Source: Gracilinanus agilis
Lineage: Eukaryota
Direction of reading: 5' to 3'
Length of the DNA stretch: 64,000 bases
Assembly (NCBI RefSeq): GCF_016433145.1
Contig: NC_058131.1
Location: forward strand, 551,659,117-551,723,116
The position numbers and the translations under genes were made by a program. The notes under the pieces are model-generated. The model saw nothing but the letters and a program-made list of their open reading frames with translations, was not told the origin of the DNA and made no database searches. Positions 54,625-64,000 of the stretch are shown one piece after another; the first letter of the stretch is position 1; each line of letters opens with the position of its first letter.

Positions 54625-57367
54625 TTTTTTCTCTTTTTTGTATTAAATTTTATTTTATTGCCCCCTCCCCCATTACATTGAAAAAGTTTCCAACATTTTT
54701 CAAAGAATATTGAGTCTCAAATTATCTTCCCCCCTTCCCTCTCCCTAACTCTCCAACTCCCTTGAGATGGTAAGCAATCTCATACAGATTTTACATATGC
54801 AATCATGTAAAACATTTCTCCATATTAATCCTTTTGTGGAAGGAAATTCAAATGGAAAAAAAATTAAGACAAGTGAAAAAGTTTGCTTTGGTCTAGATTC
54901 AGATTCAGTTCTTTTTTCTTTGTAAGTAGATGGCATTTTTTTTTTTTATCATGAGTCTTGGTATAGTCCAAATTGCTCTCCTAAATGACTGGATGAGTTC
55001 ACAACTCTCCCAACAATGTATTCATGTCCTAGCTTTCCCATATTCCCTCCAAGTTTTTCCATTTTCCTTTTCTGTCATATTAGTCAATCTGATGGGTGTG
55101 GGTTGTTTTAATTTGCATTTTTCTAATTAATAGTGATTTAGAGCATTTTTTCCTATGACCTGTAGAGAGCTTTAAATACTTTAAGAACTGCCTGTTCATA
55201 TCCTTTGACCATTGATCAACTGAGGAATGTCAACTGGGGAATCACTTGTATCATATATTCAACTCATTTCTCTATGTATTTGAAAAATGAGGTCTTTATT
55301 AGAAAGACTTGTAAAAAATGTTTGTACCATTATGATTGCTGTGTATTACTTTCCATCCTATTTATCCTTTTTTTAGTTTCTGACCTACACTTCCCCCAAT
55401 TTTTTCTCTTTTCTATCAGCCCTATTCCCCTTCTCTCATCCCCCTCCCCTCCTACTTTCCTGCAGGGTAAGATAGCTTTCTATACCCAATTGATTGTGTA
55501 TGTTCTTCCCTCATTAAGCCAAGTCTGATGAGAGTAAGGTTCACATGCTCTCCTTCCAACCTCCCGCATCTTTCTCTATACTGTGAACCCTCTTTCATGC
55601 CTCTTTTATGTACAATCATTTACCCCATTCTATTTTTCCCTTTCCCTTTCTCTCAATGCATTTGTCTTCCTCATGCATTAATCTTTTTTATCATCCCATC
55701 ATATTCAGCTCACACCCTTGCCCTCCTCTGCCCATGTATATTCCTTATAACCACCCTAGTAATGACAAAATTCTTTGGAGTTACAATAATCACCTTCCCA
55801 CATATATATTCCCACAGTTTAACCTCATTGAATGTTTTTTCATTTCTCTTTCCCATTTGCCTTTTTATGATTCTCTTGAGTCTTGTATTTGAGAGTCAAA
55901 TTTTGCATTCTGTTCTGGTCTTTTCACCAGGAATTTTGAGTCCTTTATTTCATTGAATACCCATTCCTCCCCACCCCCCACCCCCTTTAAAGGATTATGC
56001 TGAGTTTTGCTGGGTAAGTGATTCTTAGTCCTAGCTCCATTGCCCTCTGGAATATCATATTCCAGGTTCTCTGATCCTTTAAGGTAAAAAATGCCAAGTC
56101 TTGTGTTATCATGACTGTGGCTCCATGATATTTGAATTGTTTCTTTTTAGCTGCTTGTAATATTTTCTCCTTAACCTGGGAGTTTGGGGATTTGGCTATA
56201 ATATTCTTGGGAATTATCCTTGTGGGATCTCTTTTGGGAGGTGATTGGTGGATTCTTTCAATTTCTAGTTTGTCCTCTGGTTCTAAAATATTGGGGCAGT
56301 TTTCTTTGATGATTTCTTGAAAGATGATCTCTAAGCTCTCTTTTTTTATCATGGCTTTCAGGCAGTCTAATAATTCTTAAAACATCTCTCCTGGATTTAT
56401 TTTTGTGGTCAGTTGTGTTTCCCATGAGATAGTTCAAATTTTCTTCCATTTTTTTCATTCTTTTGATTTTGTTTCTTGATGTCTCATGGAGTCATTAGCT
56501 TCCAGTTGCCCAATTCTAATTTTTAAGACATGATTTTCTTGAGTGAGCTTTTGTACCTCTCCTTTCCCATTTGGCCACTCCAACTTTGTATAAAGTTATT
56601 TTCCTCAGTGAGTTTTTGTACCTCTTTTCCCAAAGGACCAATTCTGCTTTTTAAGAAGTTCTTCTCTTAGGATTTTTGTGCCTCTTTTTACCAACTGGTC
56701 TATTCTGTTTTTTAAAATATTAATTTATTCAGTATTTTTTGTGCCTCCCTTACCAAGCTGACTCTTTTTTCATGACTTTCCTTTATCATTTTCATTTCTT
56801 TTCCCAATTTTTCTTCTCCTGCTTATTTGATTTTGTGGTATGATATAAGGATAGATGTATTTAATACTCTCCTAGACTCTACTCTGGTCTACGAGTAACC
56901 CCAAGCCCTTCTTTATCCCTTGGAACTGTGACTGGGGTCCCCTGCTCCCATGTGCCTGCAAGTGCCAGTGTATGCTGGTGCTTCTCCTCATCCTGCGACC
57001 TCACCACAGGATTTCAACTTGGTCTTGCTTATGGACAATAAGAATCTTGCACCTAGAGTCAGGAAAGGGTCCCCTGTAATCAACTTGTTTGTTGTCCCAC
57101 CCCCCCTTTTCCCCCATACCATCTGTGGCTGAGAGTTCCTGAAGCCTTGATTGCTATTTCAGTTGATTCCAAGCCCTGTTGCCTCTGTGGGCCCTGCCCT
57201 GGCACACTGCTTCTAAATTGTTTTGGGTTGAAAAATTACTTCACCATGTCTTTTTGTGGGTTGTGCTGCTCCAGAATTCTTTTTGAGGAGTCATATCCTT
57301 TCAGAGGGTACTTTGGTAGAAATCAGATGGGTCCCTGTACCTTCAACACTATCTTGGCTCCATCTCC
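54625..57367 (-). mobile_element. L1 with both termini, degenerate ORF1 and internally deleted ORF2
   Basis: 5' signature GGAGATGGAGCCAAGAT at about 57367. ORF1 remnants (SRRDVLRIIRLPE, ERIHQSPP, KEKILQAAKKK, YPAKLSI), ending at about 55865. About 500-bp spacer, then a jump at about 55330 to the ORF2 C-terminus (DQWSKDMNRQF), then the 3' UTR. Confidence 0.88.
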
Positions 57368-57699
57368 TGAAGGCATCCCCTTCCATGTTCTCTTTACATG
57401 GAGAGATATCAATGGAATATGTGAGCTCTCCATTATCTAAACCTTTTTCTCAACACTTAACCAGTCCTTTTCTCCCGTCTTAAAATTTTTTAAAAATTGA
57501 TTTGTTCCTACAGTAATTTCCAAACATATTCCTTGTCTTCTGTCCCCAGAATGCTATCCCTTGTAATAAAGAATAAAAGAGATAAAAAAAGCTATTTATC
57601 ATTACAACCAATCCTGACAGAATGTGATGTTCCACACAAAGGAAGGGCATGTGTTCTTTCATCCCTTCATTGGCAGTCCTGTCTTTTTCAATCTTAGGG

Positions 57700-58600
57700 T
57701 TCTTTGATCTCCAACCCTAACCTCCCTTGGGACCTCCAGTCTTATATCTTCAACTGCCTATTGTATATCTTGATCTGGATATTCCATAGACATATTAAAC
57801 TTAACATGTCTCAAACTGAACTCATCATTTTCTCCCCCAAACAGTCCCTTTTTTCCTAACTTTACTACGGTTGAGGGTGCTATCACCCTTCTAGTTACCC
57901 AGATTTGAAATCTAGGTGTCCTCTTTGACCCCTCATCTTACCCAAGGCCTGTTATTTTGCCATCATAACATCTTTTACCCTCTCCCTCCAGACACTTGCC
58001 ATCACCCTGGTGCAGGTGGTGACATTTTTTCCCCATTGCAGTTCATCCTCCACTCAGCTGCTTTCCTAAAATGCAATTCTGGCTATGTCACTCCTCTTTC
58101 CCTCAATAAACTCCAGTGGCTGCCTACCACCTCCAAGATCAAATATAAAATCCTGTTGGACACTGATAGCTCTTGCTACCTTTCCAGTCTTACACATTAT
58201 ATCCTCTTATGTCCTCTGTGATCTAGTAACATGGCCTTGTTATTATTATACATTGCACAAGATATTTTATTTCCTGACTTTGGGGCATTTTCACTGATTG
58301 TTTCCCATGTGTGGAATTTTCTTCTTCATCTCTATATCCTGTTTTCTCTCAAATCACAACTAAAATCCCTTCAAACAAGAATCCTTCCTTAATTCTCCTT
58401 AATTCTAATGTCTTCCTTCTTTGAATAATGTCCAGTTTATCCTGTATATAGCTTCTTTTTATAGGGTTGTTTGCATATTGACTCCTGTGTTAAATTGTGA
58501 CTTCCTTTAGAGTAGGGAGGAACTGTCTCTGGCCTTTTTTTTTTTTTAAAAGCCCTAGCAATTAGCACACTGTAGGCATTTAAATGTTTATTGACTGCCT
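57700..58600 (+). mobile_element. L2 LINE 3' fragment
   Basis: cttaacatgtctcaaactgaactcatcattttctccccc...ttagcacactgtaggcatttaaatgtttattgactg; boundaries approximate. Confidence 0.7.
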
Positions 58601-58838
58601 TTTACCAAAGACTAGCTTCACTGCTTTTGCTTCTAGAACTTACTCCCTGGCCACAACCACCTACCTGGGTAGTTGACCTTTCCTCTTTGGTCTTTAGTAG
58701 CCTGTGTGAGACTGTGATGTGTACAGGGCCAGTCCCAAGGGCCTCTGTGAATATCTAAACATGAGACTGGGGTGAGTGGGAGGTGTGACCAGGAAGAGAA
58801 TCCACATTTTCTGATTCCCAACAGACAATAGTTTAAAT

Positions 58839-59058
58839 CAAGGGTTCGTAACCTTTTTGTGTGTGTCATGGACTCTTTTGGTTGTCTAATGGAAGCCTAT
58901 GGACCTTTCTCTGAATGTTAAATGCACAAAATAAAATACATAGTATTACAAAAGAACCTACTTCTACTGAAATACAATCATTAAAAAATTTTTTAAAGTT
59001 CCAAGTTGACTAGACACCTGAAATTTATCCTCTGTGGATCCCAGGTTAAGAACCCCTG
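58839..59058. mobile_element. Non-autonomous hAT-Charlie-type DNA transposon (MITE), 220 bp
   Basis: 16-bp TIRs caagggttcgtaacct / aggttaagaacccctg (14/16 match). 8-bp TSD gtttaaat / ctttaaat. Confidence 0.9.
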
Positions 59059-59161
59059 CTTTAAATAAGATGTTTCCTCTCCTGACTCTTCACTGCTCCT
59101 ACCTGCTTTCCCTCTATCGGTCTCCTCCCAATAAATCAGATAATTTCATTTTCAATAAAAC

Positions 59162-59167
59162 TTTATT
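59162..59167 (-). terminator. polyA signal of IRF9
   Basis: tttatt on + (AATAAA on -), about 265 nt after the stop. Confidence 0.75.
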
Positions 59168-59430
59168 CAAAAAACAATGCATAAACTCGGGTAGTAAATC
59201 TAAAGCTATTTTTAGGGCTTGGAAGTGAAGGGCACTCTTAGTTTAAGCTGCTGGGACTTCTTAGGGACTTCCTCCGACCTTATCAGTTACAACCAAGCAT
59301 GGCAACAGAATTCACAGAAGGCACCAACACCAATAGGGGGGCACAGCTGGAACAGTAAACCCCTCAGAGTTAAAGGAAAGGAAGAGAAAGCCTAATGTAA
59401 CAGATTCCAAGGGAATGCGACTTTCTTCCC

Positions 59431-60481
59431 TTATACAAGTACAGTTTCCAGTAGGTGTCGGGCAAAGGCCTGCTCCATCTGTACCAGAAAGAGCAGACAT
59501 CGGTGAGTCTCCATTTCATTCATTGTGGAAGAATCCCCCCTCATCCCAGAGACTCCACCCAATCCCAGACGGTGATTTTACCTGGACTGTGATGAGACTG
59601 TTATGGGTACTTCCAGGATCACGGTGCTCCTCCAAAAAATTTAGGGTCACTTGGAACTCAGGGGGTGGGGCGAGGCCCTCTCGGTATCGGGCTAGGCCTG
59701 ATGGTAAGAGAGAAAGAAACTGGGAAAGGAATCTGCAGAAAGTAAGAGCATGAGGCCATGGGAGAGGAGTGGAGTGATGGAAGGAGAAAAGACAGAGATA
59801 AAAAAAAAGGAGAGAAAACAAGAGACAATGAAAGAGAGGAGGAGGGGCTGGGCAGGAATCAAAGGAAAGAGAATGTAGGAAGGAGAAGCTGTATGACCCC
59901 CTGGTGATCATGCCTTGGCCCAGCCAGCCCAAGGTTTCACAGGATGGTATTTGGGTTCATGGAGAAGCTGGGGAGTGAAGGCATTGGGATGTCTAAGAGT
60001 CATGGGCCTGAAAACCTGTGAAAGCGGGCTCAGGATTACCACAAAACTGACAGCAGAGAGGGAGCTGGTGTCAGGGCCCTTTGGGAGAAGGCTAAGTAGT
60101 GGGTAGTGGGTCGGTCCTCACCTTGGAAGAATCGGGCAGGATTAAAGACTTCTACACATGCTTTGTCCTGTAGTAGATGAGGTCCAGGACCAGACAGGGT
60201 GCAAGGCCCAGTCCAGGAAACGGGCATGGTACAGAGGCGCTGCACGAAGAGGCCTCGGGCATTGCTAGCTACCAAGATGCCACGGTCAAAGAGGTCCAGG
60301 AGATGCCCTGTGGCTAGCTGGAGGGTTGGTTCAGACAGTACACTGGCAGACGGTAGCACCACCTGCTCCATGTTACTCTGAGATCCAGAGAATTTGGCCA
60401 CAAGTCGACAGTCGGGGCTGCACACCTTGGTCAGTCCCACCAAATGCCCACTGTAGCAGAAGGTGAGCAAAAGGGAGTAAT
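59431..60481 (-). CDS. IRF9: Interferon regulatory factor 9, last three coding exons: 60481-60122, 59697-59582, 59478-59431. Upstream exons not found in the window.
   Basis: IAD: DYSLLLTFCYSG...DCRLV...MEQVVLP...DRGILVASNARGLFVQRLC...GPGPHLL / GLARYREGLAPPPEFQVTLNF...LITVQ / MEQAFARHLLETVLV*. Synteny with REC8. Confidence 0.96.
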
Positions 60482-61031
60482 CTGGAAAGAGGGGAAAAAA
60501 AGATACAGCATGCTAGAGATGGATCCATAGACTTAGAGAGCTATGATTTGTAGAGGGTGACCTAGACTAACCCCCTCATTTTATAGGTCAACAAGTCAGG
60601 AGAGATTCAGTGACTTGCCTATTTGTTCATTCAAGAAACATTTAGAAAATAACAATATCTTCACAACGCTATCATATTTTAAGGTTGAAAAAATACTCCA
60701 CTATCCTCAGACACCTACTGTGTGCAGAATACTATGCTAGGTACTATAGGAGACAAAAAAGTTTAGATAGGACAATGTGCCTTGCCCTCACAGAGGCTAG
60801 TCTCTTGGAAGATAAGACATCAATACATAGTTCTAGGTAGTAAGTGCTTTAGAAAGATGCAAAACAAAGTTCTTATATGAGGTCAGAAGGGGAAGATCTT
60901 TTTCCTACCAGGGAGAGGTGGAAAGACTACCTGGAGGAGAAGGCATTTGAGTTGGACTTTAGTGGATAGGCAGGAAGTCAACAGACAAATGGGGTAAGAG
61001 AGTAAGGGTAGACGACAAGGAAGGAAGAGAT

Positions 61032-62245
61032 GGGGGCAGCTAAGTGTCTCAGTGGATTGAGAGCCGGACCTAGAGATGAGAAGTCCTGGGTTAAAATCTG
61101 GGTTCAGGTATAAAAAATAAAGCCATTCCCCAATTGATAAATGGGCAAGAGACATGAATAGGCAATTTTCAGGTAAAGAAATCAAAAGTATCAATAAGCA
61201 CATGAGAAAGTTTTCCAAATCTCTAATAATTAGAGAAATGCAAATCAAAACAACTCTGAGGTATCACCTCACACCCAGCAGATTGGCTAAAATGAAAGAA
61301 GGGGAGAGTAATGAATGCTGGAAGGGATGTGGCAAAATTGGGACATTGATGCATTGCTGGTGGAGCTGTGAACTGATCCAGCCATTCTGGCTGGCAATTT
61401 GGAATCATGCTCAAAGGGCTATAAAAGAATGCCTGCCCTTTGACCCAGCCATACCATTGCTGGGTTTGTACCCCAAAGAGATCATAGATAAACAGACTTG
61501 TACGAAAATATTTATAGCTGCGCTTTTTGTGGTGGCAACAAACTGGAAAAGGAGGGTATGTCCTTCAATTGGGGAATGGCTGAACAAACTGTGGTATATG
61601 CGGGTGATGGAATACTATTGTGCTAAAAGGAATAATAAACTGGAGGAATTCATGTGAACTGGAGAGACCTCCGGGAACAGATGCAGAGTGAAAGGAGCAG
61701 AGCCAGAAGAACATTGTACACAGAGACTGACATACTGTGGTAAAATCGAATGTAATGGACTTCTGTACTAGCAGCAATACAATGACCCAGGACAATTCTG
61801 AGGGATTTATGGTAAAGAATGCTACCCACATTCAGAGGAAGGACTGCAGGAGAGGAAACATATAAGATAAACAACTGCTTGAACGCATGGGTTGGGGTGG
61901 ACACGATTGAGGGTGTGGACTAGAAACTACCACACCAATGCAACTACCAACAATTTGGAAATTAGTCTTGATCAAGGACACATGACAAAACTAGTGGGAA
62001 TGTGCATCGGCCATGGGTGGGGGGAGTGCGGGGAGCGAAGGGGAAAGGAGGAGCATGAATCATGTAACCATGTTAAAAATGAATATTAATAAATGTTTGA
62101 AAAAAAAAATCTGGGTTCAGATACTGCCTAGCTGAGTGACCTTGGGCAAGTCACTTATCTCCCACTGCCTACCCTTTACTGCTCTTCTGCCCTGGAACTG
62201 GTATTTAGTACTGATTCTAAGATGGAAAGTAAGAGTTTAAAAAAA
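61032..62245 (+). mobile_element. SINE1-like SINE split (61032-61107 and 62106-62245) by an L1 insertion
   Basis: The 5' half ggggcagctaagtgtctcagtggattgagagcc...aaaatctgggttcag resumes after the L1 as aaaatctgggttcagatactgcctagctgagtgaccttgggcaagtcac...aagagtttaaaaaaa. Confidence 0.9.
61108..62105 (+). mobile_element. 5'-truncated young L1 (about 1 kb), antisense to IRF9
   Basis: 167-aa open ORF2 C-terminus with CCHC knuckle (CWKGCGKIGTLMHCWWSC), 3' UTR and polyA. 15-bp TSD aaaatctgggttcag at a TT/AAAA site. Confidence 0.97.
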
Positions 62246-62889
62246 CAAAGAAGGAGAGAAATGCAATAAATTTGGAAAGCAGGGTGTGTCAGACTGGGAA
62301 GAGAGGAACTTGAACACCCAGTACTGAAATGTGAAATTTACTCAGTATGGAAAGAACCAGGGAAGATTTTAAGAATGCTTACTGTGGCAAAGGTATGAAG
62401 GACAGTCTGGGGGAAAGAGGCAGACGAAGGGAATTCTGTTAGGATGCTACTACAATATGGCGGCCGTGGCAAGGGGAAGAAGAAGAGGACAGGAGAGACC
62501 ACAGAGGCAGTCAACAGTATTTCTTAAATGACTGGATATGGGAACTGAGGGGGAGAAAAGGGTAAGAAATCATCCCTCCCAGGTGGTGCCACAGCTAGTG
62601 GTTGAGTCAGAAGAGGAGTACGTGTGGGGTAAAGAGAACTTGGACTTTAGACATGCTGAATATTGAGTAGAGACACCAGTGGGACATTCAGGGGATCATG
62701 TCCTATAGGCAACAGGCTATGTCAATCTGGAAATCAGGAAAGCGACCAGGGCCAAACAGATGGATGTGCCATTGGCACTGAGATGTTAGCTGAAGACGAG
62801 GGATTAATAACAGCTACAGGATCCAGGACAAATCACTTCCCTTTTCTAATCTTTGCTTTCCTCATCTTCCTCACATTGATTGAGTGATT

Positions 62890-63060
62890 GATTAAATCCT
62901 TACCTTCTGTCTTAGAATCAATTCTGCATATTGGTTCCAAGGCAGAAGAGTGGGTAAGGGCTAGGGCCTAGCCTCTAGGCAAAGGGAGCTACGTGACTTG
63001 CCCAGGGTCACACAGCTAGGAAGTGTCTGAAGCCAGATTTGAATCTAGGATCTCCTTTCT
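62890..63060 (-). mobile_element. SINE1-like SINE, 5'-truncated
   Basis: ccttaccttctgtcttagaatcaattc...gtgacttgcccagggtcacacagctaggaagtgtctgaagccagatttgaa. Confidence 0.8.
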
Positions 63061-63064
63061 GTAG

Positions 63065-63860
63065 ATTCTAGCTGACATTACTGCTGAGGGTACCACTATC
63101 TTTCCAGGCACAAGGGTCATAAGCTAGTGTCATCCTCCTTTCTTACCTCCTATATAGAATCAGGAGCCAAGGCCTGTTAATTTCACCTTCATAAAATGTG
63201 TTGGGTCTCATGTACCCCTTCTTTCTTCTGACACTGCATCTTCACTAGTCCAGGCCCTCATCATCTCATGTCAGGACTATTTCAGTGCTCCACTGGTTGG
63301 TTTCCTTGTCTCAAATCTCTCCCCACTCCACTCAACTGTTAAAAGTGATCATCCTGAAGTGCAATAAATTCTAGTGGCATCAAATTTTAAATCTTCTATT
63401 TGTCTTTTAAAGTCCTTCATTAATCTTCTTAAACTTTTCCTATCTTTTCTATCTCCTTATACCCTACTTTCCTCTATGAACTCTCTAATCTTGTTTTACT
63501 AGACTCCTTAATATTCCTTGCAAAAGACACTCCATATCTGAGCTTCAAATATTTTCACTGCTTGTTCTCCAAGCCAGAACTTTCTCCCTTCCTCATCTCT
63601 ACTTCTTGGATTCTCTGACTTTTTTCAAGCCTCAGCTAAAGTTCCAATCTCTATCAGACACCTTTCCCTGTTCTCCTTAATCTCAGAACCTTCCCCCAAT
63701 ATATCTAGTATATATCTTGCTCATACATAATTGTTTGCATGTTGTCTCCCATGTGAGCTCTTTGTGAACAAGGGACTTGTTTTTTGTCTTTCTTTGTACA
63801 CTCAGAGTTCAGCATAGAGCTTGGCACACAGAAGGCATTTACTAAATGCCAGCTTATTAT
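63065..63860 (+). mobile_element. L2 LINE 3' fragment
   Basis: Degenerate L2 3' region ending ttcagcatagagcttggcacacagaaggcatttactaaatgc; boundaries approximate. Confidence 0.65.
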
Positions 63861-64000
63861 TTTCTTTGTTGACTACCTCTTCTAGATCCATTCATGTTTC
63901 TCAAGAGTTTCTTCTCCTTTCTCTCTACACTCTCTTCCCTGACAAGCTCATCCACTCAAAAACCATACAACTGAGCAGGGGAACCTTCCCAGAAACTTCA

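Noticed and set aside
63986-63994. GAS-like TTCCCAGAA in the IRF9 intron
   Set aside because: TTCN3GAA is expected about 15 times per 64 kb; no cluster or ISRE nearby.

Overview
Eukaryotic genomic window from a marsupial. The SINE1_Mdo-like SINEs and marsupial-type L1s point to opossum (Monodelphis) or a close relative; this is an inference. The window is syntenic with the compact human 14q12 cluster, in reverse orientation: GMPR2 (-, 5' part), NEDD8 (+), MDP1 (+), CHMP4A (+), TSSK4 (-), TM9SF1 (+), IPO4 (+, 30 exons), REC8 (-, 19 coding exons), IRF9 (-, last 3 exons). I mapped the exons by hand and checked splice phases; all complete models stay in frame. Main observations: (1) TSSK4 lacks the eutherian start ATG (AAA instead), and a previously unrecognised-looking upstream ATG exon would give a 75-aa N-terminal extension. 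(2) An alternative acceptor inserts 12 aa into the TSSK4 catalytic loop. (3) Exon phases allow in-frame NEDD8-MDP1, MDP1-CHMP4A and CHMP4A-TM9SF1 read-through fusions. (4) IPO4 has a U12-type intron. (5) IPO4 and REC8 share a palindromic bidirectional polyA element. (6) CHMP4A has an apparent stop-loss tail after its ALIX-binding Trp. (7) An antisense solo LTR with intact TATA, CCAAT and splice donor lies in IPO4. (8) An L1 keeps both ends and ORF1 but has lost EN/RT (half-L1-like). Comparisons with human and mouse proteins are from memory and need alignment. I found no evidence for a wholly new multi-gene system, tRNA, rRNA or CRISPR.
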